Assembly (NCBI GenBank): GCA_030704615.1 | Contig: CM060734.1 | Coordinates: 11,222,001 to 11,286,000 of the forward strand | DNA: 64,000 bases | Reading direction: 5' to 3' | DNA from: Takakia lepidozioides | Lineage: Eukaryota; Plantae; Bryophyta | Part shown: piece by piece, positions 49,743 through 62,009 of the stretch | How positions within the stretch are numbered: the first letter of the stretch is position 1 | Layout of the letters: the number at the start of each line of letters is the position of its first letter | Program-made: the position numbers and the translations under genes | Notes under the pieces: model-generated | What the model was told of the DNA's origin: nothing | Database searches by the model: none | Seen by the model: the letters and a program-made list of their open reading frames with translations, nothing else

Positions 49743-52700
49743 TTAGTAATCACTACCTCCCACTAACCAAATCAGCGCCGACTCCCAACCTCAAACCACC
49801 AGACAGGCTACCTCACACTGCTGCCATACTGCCCCCACATATAGGCTGCAGCCACACCCCAAGCCAGCCACTTCCTCCCCACCCCCATCACCTGCCCTGC
49901 TCCTGGCACGTGGCCGATGATCATACGCGCCACATAACCCCTATTCAAAAATCCCAATCATTCCGCCTGGATAGTCCGTGGCACCTTAATCGTCATTTCC
50001 CCCACTCACGAATGCCCTCATCAACACTCATCCTTACCCCCACTCATCCACCCACGCAACTCATCCCCCTGACCCTCACCTTACTTCCATCCAGATCCCG
50101 ATACCTCATTCCACCCATACCACCCTACAGCCGCCTACTCTATCCTCCCCCCCTAGCCACCATCCTCCTCTAACACCCTGCCCTTTCCCGTCCACCCGCC
50201 CCACCAGCCACCTCCCCACCCCCGGATCCCAACCCCCAAGCGCTTACCTTGGGCTCTTATACCTACCTCCTCCACCCACTCAATCTCTTCCCAACACTCC
50301 ACCCCCTTTCCAATCCACCACACCATTACACTAATTATCCAGCAGCTCTTTAAACCCCCGCCAGCCACTCTTAAACCCCGCCATGGATCCCAAACCCCAC
50401 CCTCCATGTACTCCCCCCGAGGTCGATATCCACTAGATAAGTCTATCATCACCCCCCCAAACCAAACAACCTATACACGGACATTTGCCTGACCCTCCTA
50501 CTTCTCCGATGTGGGGACATACATCCCAATCCCGGACCTTCTACCCTCGAGGAAATCATCAGCGAGTCCCCCATCGATGCACAATACAGATATGTATTAT
50601 ACTTCCAGCCGAACACCATGTCACTAATGCATAACTATCGACATATCACCGACCACTTTGCTCCCTTCTTCCCCCGCGACCCATCCACACACCACCCTCT
50701 TGTGGGTTTATAAGGTGCTGAGCGCCTGAGGAGGCACTGTGGCGCAGTGAGTGGGTTGTTGTATAACAAGTAGTAGTCGAGAAGTTTGTTAATGTATGAG
50801 CTATTAGTGTTACTGGTATGCGGTTTGGTTTCTTGTAGTAGGATGATGTGGGGGCGGGAGTCAGTGATGAGGTGGATGAGGCTCTGTATACTGGTAGCTA
50901 GGGAGCCTACGTTCCAGGAGGTGATATTAAGGGAGCTACTGCTAGTGGTGGGCAGAGAGGCTGGTGAGGCGGAGTGGGTAGTGATAGGGGGGGGGGGGGG
51001 CGGGGTTAGGTGGATGGGATGGGGAGAAGCTCGGAAGGGGGGTGGTGGCTCTTAGAGTGGCTAAGAGGATGTCTTTGGAAAGGAATGGGAATTTTTGAGT
51101 GGTTGCGGTGGTGCCCGGATCTAGGGTGGTGATGGTAGCCAGGTGGGCTCCGAGGGCTTTATGAATTGTACCTGGGTGGGACTGCAGAAGATTTAGGGAG
51201 GAGTGGATGGTGTGTAGGGGGTGCGGCGGTGCTAAGTAGTTATGGGGGTGCGGGGGTAGGTCTTGTAGTTGTGAAAGGAAGGGACGAGGAGGGATGAAGA
51301 GTGGGAGTGAAGAAAGTCGTTACATGTATCCGGCAAGGGAGAGATGAGTATTATGAGAGCAAATAGAAGGTGGGACTATGGAAATGGGGTGGCATTTGGC
51401 ATCCTGCGCTCGCACCACTCCCCTAGCTCCACCACTAAGATAACGGTACCCATCCATCTTCGCTCCCACCTCCAAATCCTACACCTTCACCCCCCGGCCC
51501 TCTGCCCTATTCCACTCATTCATCTCTACATGCCATCCCACACCAAGGACCTCTCATCCATCCCTGAAATTCTCAGTACCATATCCGCGGCACTTACTCA
51601 CCCCACACATCAACATGACCACGTCATAATGGCCGGGGACTTCAATAGAGATGTTGCACTCCTAGGGCACACTTTCAATGGCATGCACCAACCACCATCC
51701 CAAGCTGACCGAGACTGGGCCCAATTCAACTCCCATCCTCACCTCGCATATATCACCTCAGACCACCATTATTCTAGACAAGGTTGCCTCAATTATTCCT
51801 CACTAAGCCTCATTGATGGATTCTACCTACGTACCAGCGAGGCCATCCCTCCTCACTTGCAAATCCATGTACATATTGATAGCCTATGTAATACCGACCA
51901 CTACCCGATCTCCCTTTCCCTCCCACCATCACTCATCTCCTTTCGACCAGTTCCCGTCATGCAGGCACCACCCCTTCAACCATGTCTCCTCTCCCCTCTA
52001 CCCTATAGTAATATAGCCGCATTCAAATCCCATTTTCACCCAGCCGCCTCCGCCTTAATGCTCACCCTCTCGCACACCCTATCCAATTCGAACCTTTCCC
52101 AACACCCGGAAACCACGTGGCTTGCAGCTGAACGTACCCTCACATCCATCCTACAACTCATGACCACCAGCGTGCTCGCCACTTGCTGCGCTCCCCCGGA
52201 ACTCCCTCAAACCCCCAGTTCACAACAAAACGGCGGCTACCATACATGCACTCAAAAACGCGAGTGGACCTCCCATCTCAACACATACCACACCATACGT
52301 TGCGCCCTCACGATTATCCCCAGCACACCCACCACCACCCCACTCAACAACTGGTCCACCAATCGCCGTATCTTGTGCTTAAACGCTATCCCCCTCTGCC
52401 AACCACTTCTACCCCCGCCGTCTGACCCAAACATCACCAAACAAAAAGCCACTGCCAATCACAAGAAATTCGTCTCATCCTTCGGGAAACTTTTACGTGA
52501 TCACCCTAAGCGCCCACAAAGCCATCTTCAACCCTGCCCTCAACCCCCCTATCGACTGCCTCAGACACTGACATGGCCACCTCATAACCCAACCGGACGA
52601 TATTAAGAATGAAATTTGGGCGCAAGCCTCAGCCTCCTACACACCCACAGTCAAGCACTGCCTCCACCCCAACAAACATACTAACGACTGCTTATGCAGC

Positions 52701-53287
52701 GTCAAACACTACCCTTGGCATGACATCGACGGATTCTCCTTAGATAAACGTGGGGCCCCTGAGGATACCATCCTCTCGTTCTTCACCATTATTGCTATTT
52801 ACAACTCATGTCTCAAATCCCTATCCAAATCCAAAGCCCCCGGTCCCGATCTCATCCCCAATGCCATACTCCAAGCTCTAGATCCTCATTTTCACTCCCT
52901 CTTATTCAAATTTTTCCACCTCTGTTATCGCCTACGACGTATTCCTCCATCTTGGAAACATAGCCGTACTATCCTTCTCTACAAAAAAGGGGACCCCACA
53001 GATCTCGGTAACTACCGCCCTATAGCTTTAGCCAACACCATATACAAACTCTTCACTAGTACGCTAACCACAATGCTCTCCTGAGAGCAGCACCGCATTC
53101 TTAGTGACCCCCAAGAAGGCTTCTGTGCCACTCGTAGTACCACTTGCCAAATACAATATGTCATATCCGCACTCGAAGACGCCAAACTCACTAAACATGA
53201 CATCTATCTCCTGTACATTGACTTTAAAAATGCCTTTGGATCTCTTGACCACGCCCGACTTCTCGCCATTATGACGGACCTGGGCTA
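44233..53287 (+). mobile_element. Degenerate non-LTR retrotransposon (LINE; APE plus RT), 3'-truncated, with nested element D and an internal inversion; 5' boundary uncertain
   Basis: APE motifs VIMAGDFN, LIDGFY, TDHYPI (51344-52606). RT motifs KAPGPD, LYKKGD..NYRPIAL..YKLF, QEGF, YIDFKNAF (52830-53287). Strong C-rich strand bias from ~44.8 kb. Confidence 0.8.
46557..48300. mobile_element. Element D: ~1.7 kb non-autonomous derivative with both family termini
   Basis: Left: GGGGATTGC..CGTGAGCAGA repeats, GCCTATAACCGTGG (46637-46650), GGATGAATG tract. Right: CATCCATTC tract, CCACGGCTATAGGC (48202-48215), TCTGCTCACG repeats. Minus-strand remnant FYLPSYAEAAA resembles the last MTase-gene exon. 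Confidence 0.8.
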
Positions 53288-53419
53288 TGTTAGAGGGCTG
53301 CTTGGGACTTAGACGCTTTTATGGGTTCTGTGGGGTACCCTTAATTTTTGCGCAGACTGAGACCAACAGGAGTCTTAGGGGTGGCAGGAGCAGGCTTTAG
53401 GGGGGGTTACACAGCCCGA

Positions 53420-55930
53420 CACAACTTCACACTGTGTCTTCGAGTCCCTCTCAGGAGTTGGGAACATATTGGTATCTCTCACAAGTGGATCCGAATTCCA
53501 GATCTCCAACCACCTGATTTTGGTTGCATTGTCCACCATTGATATGGAAAGGCGATGCAGTTTCTCTTGGGTCATTTCTGGCTTGGAGCCATACTTGTCA
53601 TAATGTGCTTTCACCTGCTTCAGAAATTCCGTGCCAAGACTTGGATCTGCTATGCGGATTTATTTGTCGAACGCACTCATGAGGTTCTTCCTTTGATTGT
53701 TCATCTCGAATCTCATAATGTCCTCAAGCCCAGTTGCAGACCTCTGCTCTTCTGTGTGGGAAACATAGTACTCTGCTTTCGCCTTCAAGCCAGTCTCTGC
53801 TATTTCTTGCTGCATACATTATAGGGAGAAAAGATCAAACACTGGCGTTTCTTGATAAAATTTACACTAGCAACAAACAAACAGATGTGAAGAAACTTAC
53901 CGTGTACATGTAGTCAAGAAAAGCCTCCCTTGTCAGGCTGTACCATGTGCTTGTCTTTTTTTCAGCACACCTCTTCATCTGCTGAGGACTGAGCACGTTC
54001 ATGAATGACTCCAGTGGCATCAACCCTATCTTCTGGATACGGAATAGAGTGTGGCAGAGATTGGTCGTCACATGGGAGGTTGCATTGGACATGAAAAAAC
54101 CTTCAACTCATAAGATGATTTTGAATTGTGAAAACGCAGATCGGGTGGGAACAAGGTTGGTAACTTACTTGTTTATGTTGTGCATGGCTGTCAAGAGCTG
54201 CGTGACACGTCCTTTGTGATCGAGTACCATGGAAACCACACTCCAATGCCATTCGATCTCGTCCGAGTGCAAGCTTGAAATGTAATCCATCCAGGCAAGT
54301 AGTCTATGGTTCCCATCCCAGACAAAAAACATCTTTCCCAAAAATGCTTTTGTCGAGGCCTTTTTGGACAGCTTAAACTCGAACTCCCTGTTTACATCCC
54401 GCCAGCATGCATCCCAACTTTGCTCTATGTCCTCTGTTACAAGACACTCCTCTCCTTTCGTGTTCACAGTGGATACATAGAACACTGCAGATCCCTTAAC
54501 ATAGCCGTGAATAAAATTGTTCTTCAACTTCGTGATGTCGTTCCTCAATGCGGGTCGAACCGCGGGCATGGAGATCATCCTGCATAGTGGGATAAGCAGG
54601 TTTCCGCCGGGAACCTCCATCGACAGAATCACCTTCGAGGAGTTCACTTTCTGCCCACCTATAACCTCATCGGCCTTGTCTTCATAGTGTTCCTCAAATG
54701 AGTCTTCCTCACCATCACCTTCTGCCACTGCCACATCTCCCCCCATGGATTTCTTTTTTCTTCTCCTCTGCAGAGAATGAATATCCTGTGAGTGACAGAT
54801 TGAGCTCCCATGGATCAACCTTGCGTTGACGCAAGGTTGATTGATGGGGTTGTAGCTTAGTCTGAAATGCATACCGGAACAGTCCAGTGAACCCACTAAA
54901 TGCCTTGCGTTGACGCAAGGTTCTTTTGGGGGCTTCACATAATCAACTTTCCCTACCTTGCGGTTCATGACACGGGACTTCGGATGTTGGGAATGGACAG
55001 AAGAGGCATCCAAATCAGCCTCGCGTCTACGCAAGGTTGATTCGAGTGCTGCATCTGCTTCGTTTCACCTTCATAAACATACACTTTAGAGGTCGAGATC
55101 AACCTTGCGTTGACGCAAGGTGGATGTTGAGCTCTCAGTTTGGCGTTCAACAAACAAAAAAAGCAAATGGCAAAACAAACTACAACCTCTGCTTTCTTCT
55201 TGGCACTTGATGATGCATCGGGAGCATTCATCTTTTCCATGAGGCCTGGAGGCAACATGTGCCAAGCAGATCCGGGAGGTGGGAATGAACATAAGAGGCA
55301 CTCAAATCAACCTCGCGTCAACGCAAGGTTGATTCGAGTGCTGCATCTGCTTTGTTTCGTGCCCGAAACAGACACTTTGGAGGTCGACATCAACCTTGCG
55401 TTGACGCAAGGTTGATGTCGATCTCTCTGCTTAGCATGGAACAGACAAAAAAGGAAAAGGCAAAAGAGGGTTGATACCCACCTCTGGTTTCTTCTTTGCA
55501 CTTGATGATGCTCCGGAGGCATTCAGTTGCGTGAGGTCTAGAGGCAGCATGCTGCCAAGCAGGTCCCGGTGGTGGGAAACAGCGGCAGACGACATCTCTC
55601 GTCCCTGCTCTCTCATGACCTGGTTCTCCACTCGCAGCGCTTCCTCCCGAGCCCAGCTGACTTCCTCGTCCTCCCCTCCCTCTATTGGAGGTTGTTCTTC
55701 GGTCGCCTCCGGAATCGCTTCAAGGCCTTCCTCTCCAAACTGTGGATGCAGACTCGGGTTTTGCCCTTCGTCCTCATCTCCGATGGAGGTTTCTTCTCCC
55801 ATTCTAAGTTCCCGTCTCGCCTTCCTCATCCTCTCCTTAGCGCGTGCCCTTTGCTTGTTTGATGTGAAATAAAATGTTCTTTGACGCTTTCTTCTCCCTC
55901 GGGATGGGGTCACCGTCTCTGCAGAATCCA
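53420..55930 (-). pseudogene. ParB-domain gene copy 4 (5' exons; 3'-truncated)
   Basis: LLIPLCRMISMP..FFVWDGNHRLLAWM..LLTAMHNINK and TSHVTTNLCHTLFRIQ; introns at the same positions as copy 1. Confidence 0.82.
54814..55416. repeat. Six palindromes ATCAACCTTGCGT-TG-ACGCAAGGTTGAT in ParB-gene introns; four decayed copies at 60301-60456
   Basis: At 54814-54841, 54903-54922, 55014-55041, 55098-55125, 55306-55333 and 55389-55416. Confidence 0.88.
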
Positions 55931-56606
55931 GGGTTGCAATGAGAAGAAGGAGAAGAAGGAAAAAAAAGGCACTACGGGCATGTTCACCGCAAGGCCATCC
56001 ACGCCAAGATGATCGCTCGAAATGACCTAAGCGCCACATGCTCATTCCACATGCATGGCGGACACGTGTCCAACTATCCGTTATGAATATCGCCGAAAAT
56101 CATTTGTTTCTCATTCACCGAAATTCGTTCGGGTCGGCCTCTCATCCGCAAAAGTTCATTATTGGGTATCCGCTTTTGGGATGATTCAGAGGAATATGCA
56201 GTTGGTACAGTTGTACAACGGTGCAGTTGCCATTAACATTGAATGGAAATGGCACCTCATCTGGCCTCTTTAACATGACAGCCAAATGGCGGCTCTGTCA
56301 GTCAAAATTGCGGAATTCATTGTCCAAGGCACTGGTGGTACACCTGTGAAAAAACATTTGGATTCTTTAATTGGGGCTGACATTATCCACTCCGCATTTG
56401 GGCACTCTGTGACCATTCATTTGGTTTGCATGTCCACACATTTCTTTTATGTGCCGAACCGCGTTAGGAGACCTGCATGCGAGAGCGACACCTGCAATTG
56501 TGTGTAAGGATGTCTTGTATACAACCCAAAAACTCCACTCTAGTACAACCTGCAATCAGAAGCAACATTGGACTATGAACTGTGCGCTTTGAAGCAACAA
56601 TGACAG

Positions 56607-59600
56607 ATGGCCTCCCAGGCCATGGGCTCCCTTGACGCGGACTTCTTCAGTGAGGACCACCCTGTGCCATTTTCTTACGAGGTGGAAGATGACGGTTTTG
56701 CGGTGGTGCATGAACACGTGCTTGCAACGCAGTTTCGGTTGGAAAATGGAACTCTATTCCTTGAGAGGGAAGTGTACGATGCCAATGGAAAACTGCTCAA
56801 GTACGCGTCCCAGAAACCTTCGCATATTGCACCAACCACACAATGGAGAGTGCCTCCAAGCAGATACAGGGTGCTCAGTGCTCCTCGGAGACAGTCTGCA
56901 GGATCGTTCCTTACTCCTGGAACGGCAGCATCAGTGGCCCAGGAGAAAACACCCGTGGTTGTCAAGAAGGAGTCAAGTACTGTTAACACTGTAGTTGAGT
57001 TTTCGGACTCATCCTCCGATGACGCCTGTGAAATACTGCCCGTGGATCAGCCATGTCCAGATCAGGAAGCAGATGTGGAGGAGATCACCAGTGTCATTCC
57101 CAAACTGAAAGCCATGGGTGGGATGGCAGGATTCAAGAGTGAGTTGAGGGGGATTGACTGGAGCACTTTCAATGTTCAGAGGGTGGCATTCTTGCCGGAA
57201 TCTTTTGATGGTAATACTGTTTTCGAGCTACCTCATCCGGGTCGCGTGGGGGGCATTTCCAGTCTCATGGAAGGAATGGACAAAAAGCACGATGGGCACC
57301 CTTGGTGCTGCACAAAAACCTCCAATATTCACAACCATGACAACCTCATATTCAGGAGAACAGTCTATAATGGGCACCTGAAATGCGAGAACATGAAATG
57401 CAGACACTTCGCACTGTCAGGTGTGCAAAACCAAAGCGAATGGGATGGTGTCACTGAGAATCCATTCAAGCCTGGGGTGACACCACTATACAGTAACACT
57501 TTTGTGTGCAAGTTTTGTAGGCTACCACCTTGCTGCCTTACATTGTGTGGCGCCAGAATGTACTATGTGGTGCATCGATTCAAAACCCTGACTAGAGCCT
57601 GTGTCCATTTCGGTTTTCACAACCACCCTGTGTCCAAGGGGGATTATAGGGAGAGAGTTGAGACAGTCTCGCGTCTGATAAGGCAAGAGTTGGATACCAA
57701 TCCAACTGGAACCACTTCTGCAATTGCCATGGGGGTGAGCAAGTCCTTTCTGGAAAGTCGTATTCTGTGTGCATCGGATTCGGTTGGAGGAAAACTGGAG
57801 GGACCAGCTTTGGACATTGATATGGACCATTTCTCGACATTGACTTCTCCAAACATTAAGAATCAGGTGAACCCTTTAAGAATGGGCTCTGGGAGCCGAG
57901 GTTATATGGACAGTATTATGGATTTGAAGAAAAAAACATGTACGACTATATCCAAGACAACGTTTTTCGGGGACAAGGAGCTAGGAAAGTATTCCTGTTC
58001 AAAATGTCCACAAAAGGTGAGGGCAGCGGAGTCAGCCTGGTTAAACGTATGCAGAAGGGTGACGATCTTGGCAACTGCTTCCTTATGTTCGATCACGTCA
58101 AGAGGGTTAAAGACTGGACCACAATGGCATGTCATGTTTACGACCCTGTGTACCAGCGTGTCATGACAATTGCAGTATGTGACATGCAGTCAGGGGACAC
58201 AGATTCACAGCAGCTCATGTGGGAAGCTCTCATTTGTGTTATGGCCTCCAATGGTCTCCCATCTCCCAATTTTGTTGGTTTCATGGCCGACAGTGCTCAA
58301 GCAAACTTCAACGCTGTCCGCATTGTGTTCGGGACGGGAGATCCAAAAGTGCCAATGCCTGGAAGAGAACGTACGTGTCTTTCCCATTGGACACAATCCC
58401 TGGACAAACACACAAAGGCACACATCAAGCCGGATATGTAGAGTATGCATCGTCAACTGTGCAAACAGTACAAAGACGCCAAAACTATGGGGGAAGCGAA
58501 TACATTGTTCCAGACAATTCGTGCCTGGTGGTACTCATCTGGAGCAGCATCGGAGGACAGCATGAGGGCATTGGAAGACTGGTTCGCATTTTGGCACTTC
58601 CGTTACCGACAGTGGGGAGCGGCCATGACAACGGTGAGTGGTTTGCATTCACCTTCCTTTGGGTGCTTCGGATATGTCTTTCAGGGTCCCCATCCTAATA
58701 TCGGCTTTGTGTTTTTTCGCCTTGCAGCATATGTCATTGAGGAGATGGCGGACATGCCTTCTTGCAATCTAGCGGAGACAGTGCATAATGCCTAGTTGCA
58801 GCAATCCGGCAAAAAGGGAAGAGATTTGTATGCGGCCACGGCCGATGACCTTATCCGTGCTCTGCAGCAGCAAACCGGATACAGGTCATTCTTGAGGGGT
58901 GGCATTGGTGGCAATGGCCCAGAATGGAGCGAGTTGGTGTTGCGGGCAGCCAGAAGATTGGGGATCCCAGCAAAATAGCGCGGGCAGTGAACATATGTGC
59001 AGATGGCACCCCTCTCGTGGGTAGAGTTCCCCATCTGGAAGGCGAAGAGAGATTCGGGTCTTACAAACGGAAATTGGACACCCCTCCCGGATCGGATGCA
59101 GATTCCCATAGGGCGGACATGGTCAACTTCTCCATGCCACGTGTACCCTTGGATTAGAGATGGAATTGCGGAACATCCACAGGTGAGGGCCATTCAGCCC
59201 CAGACCGGACCCCTGCATCAAGCACTGTCACTGCAATGGTTGAAGACCAGAACGTGGTGCCGTATGTAATGGAGTCCATGTGCTTGGACAAGGTTTGGCA
59301 TATAGAACGCACAAGTGCTGGATCGCGTGTGAAATGCGCGGCGATCAGGGCCACCAATCATGAAAAATGTACATCATTAATATCCAGAGGCAAAGAACGC
59401 ACTGCAGCTCCTACATTCACTGGTTTGTTTCTCCCTTACGGACAAGGAGAGGCAAAGAACCACAAGTTCTGGTTCTGTGCTGACGATTGCGGGAGATGTG
59501 TGCGTGGGACAGTGAGGCCCTCCGTGGTGACTCCACCAACCGTGTGGCCTGTGAAGATGGGCACAAGTTTCACTCACCAAGAGATTGCAATGCTGGAAGA

Positions 59601-60099
59601 GGCGGGTTTCTCCCTAGCCAGACATTCCATTGCACGTGGAGGTGCTTCAAGTTCAAGCGGTTCATGGGTACCTCCGCCTGACGCTCACTTGTGGCCAACC
59701 AGACGGAATGGGAAGCTGGTTCGACGATTCCCTCCAACCGCAGAACACTACGGCAAAATCGAGTCCGTGAGAATGCTTCACGCTCGTGTTGCGGGAACAA
59801 TGGAAGTGCCTGATCCAGGGTATGGTCGGGTCTTCACCATGATCTCATCCGCATCTGCGTTGCAGGACATGACGTACGACATCACTATTTCCAATTTTCC
59901 CAATTGTACCTGTCCTAATTTTGTTGGTATGCTTTCAAGTAGTTTGGGAAAGAGAAGGAAGTTCATACCGTGCAAATATCTTTACTTCGTCTTCTTGAGA
60001 AGGATGGTTTGTGATCCAAAGCGCGACTTCTTCATTCACCAAGCCACTATGAGTTTCAACGAAGTCAACACACTTCTACAGCGGGATACAAGCCCATAG
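56607..60099 (+). pseudogene. GCM-DDE-SWIM transposase copy B; intron 58634-58727; several frameshifts and stops
   Basis: Collinear with 3432-6946; premature TAG at 58439-58441 and 58793-58795. Confidence 0.88.
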
Positions 60100-62009
60100 A
60101 CAACATGCACTTGACATGAAGAAATCTGTGTTTTCCTTGACTACAACTTGTAATGGAATGACTGTTCAAGTCCAGTGTCTCTCAATGTATGTCTTCTAAC
60201 ATCTTTGCTATGCGTGGGTCAACGCATTTGTCGCATTGGTTTGTCATTCTCTTTTCATTAGCAAACACAAGAAACTACCTTCAGATAGACAGATGATCAA
60301 ATCAACCTCGTGTTAACATGAGGTTGACTCGAAGTTCTCCAAATCAACCTCGTGTTGACACAAAGTTGATTTTTGTTCCAGGAAAACAACCTCGTGTTAA
60401 CACAACAACGTTTATTTTGGTTCTAGGAAATGAAGCTCTTGTTAACAGAAGGTTGAACTCCAAGAAAGTCCGAAACCCTTCATCCGTTTCACCTTCATGT
60501 GGTGAAATTAGCAGTTGTAGGCTCCACGGTTATAGGCCCACCTTATTTGTGGTGACGTGGCATGACCTGGACCAGGCTCACGCCACGTCAGCATCAACGC
60601 CATATCAGCTACGTGAGTGTAGGCTCACGCCACGTCATCGTTGTGTGAGTGTACGCTCACACGCTCACGCGGTAGCGTCGTTGGACTCCCACAAGCTGAA
60701 ACCATGCTCCACACATGCACCGCTTGCTCCCTTAACACCCGAGCTCTTCTTGAACTCCTCAAACCCTGCAACACTTGCAAAACAAGAGCTTCTTCACAAG
60801 CTCTCAAACTTTTCAATGGGGCTCTCCTTGAAGACCTCTTCTTGTACATAAACATCACAAGGCTTTCTTCTTGCAAATCCTGTAACACCTTGTAACTTAA
60901 GAGCTATCTACCAAGCTCTCTTCCACACACAAGTACTAACGATGCTAACACCTTGCACTCATATATGTAAGCAGGTCTTCTTCTAGTGATACGGAAATGG
61001 TGAAAAGAGGAGAAACCACTCTATCACGTTATATAAGTCAAGCCAATGGCACCTTTGCTAAAGGACTCCACCATACAGACCTCGCCCATTCTCCATCTCA
61101 AGAACTAGAGCTATGGCGGCGAGAGAGGCCTCGAGAGGCTCGACTAGAAGAAGACGAGCCTGCCTACGTCTCATGTGGAGATAACCTCCCCACGTCCCAA
61201 GTGAGGTTCGCCACCTCACTTGGCACATGGAACCAAATGAAGTCCCAATGCCAACAAAATACAAATATAAATGTATAATGTCTTAATTAGCTAGAAATAA
61301 CTATTTCTAACTAATCACAAACAAAATCATGATAGAGGAGTTAAGCTAGAAATTGTTTTGGTGGTATAGGTTCTCAACTGGTGCACTTTCGCTTTAATTT
61401 CTTCCAGAGTGCTCACTTTTGGGGTTTCCATAATTGGAGGTCTTGTAGAGGTTGTGATGGACGTTGCCCGTCTGGTAGGGATGCGATCTCTGAAGTTGCA
61501 ATCTATTTTAGGGCAGTCTCCAGAGCGCGAGCATCTAGATAACAACGGCAATCGGGCCGAGTATACTTCAAATGATGGAATCCGTTTGAACAGTGATAAA
61601 ATGATTGCGGGTTCTAATGCAAGCATTGAAAACTCGTCACCGCTCACGATGCTTCACCTTCTGCATCTTCACTGCCCGGACATTGCCCTACAAATTGTCG
61701 GTGTTCTTTTGGCTGCAAATGACGCTTGGCAACCCTCGCAATCATCAAATCATAAAATGAAATCATCAAATTGTTTTTGGAGGAACAATCAATACAACCA
61801 GCTTTGGCAATGAAACCCAATACGTGTTTGATGAAACAATTAGCAAGCAATCCATCAACTCCACGAGTATACCACGATTTATTTCTACCTTGAGTTCTTT
61901 GTACACAGATCCATGGTTCTTTACAAACACAATGACAACCTTCAATCTCACCTTGGATAGCATCCACTCAATGTTTGGAGACAAAGCTGTTCAAGAATTC
62001 ACGGTCCAT

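Larger units (their letters stand above)
53420..60684. mobile_element. Element B: second ParB plus transposase copy; left part lost
   Basis: Same layout as A; right terminus has CCACGGTTATAGGC (60524-60537) and a GCTCACG array ending GCGTCGTTGG. Confidence 0.8.

Noticed and set aside
45000-50450. Long Pro/His/Thr-rich ORFs (e.g. 48510-49301, 48886-49746)
   Set aside because: They are explained by the C-rich strand bias, which suppresses stop codons; they overlap in several frames and show no recognisable motifs.
54814-55416. Palindromic repeats with spacers resembling a CRISPR array (also 1881-2197 and 47427-47956)
   Set aside because: Spacer lengths are irregular and partly duplicated, the repeats lie in spliceosomal introns or TE interiors, and no cas genes are present.
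60690-62000. LTR-like tract and short ORFs (61327-61984)
   Set aside because: I could not identify TG..CA boundaries, a PBS/PPT or any protein motif, so it is left unannotated.
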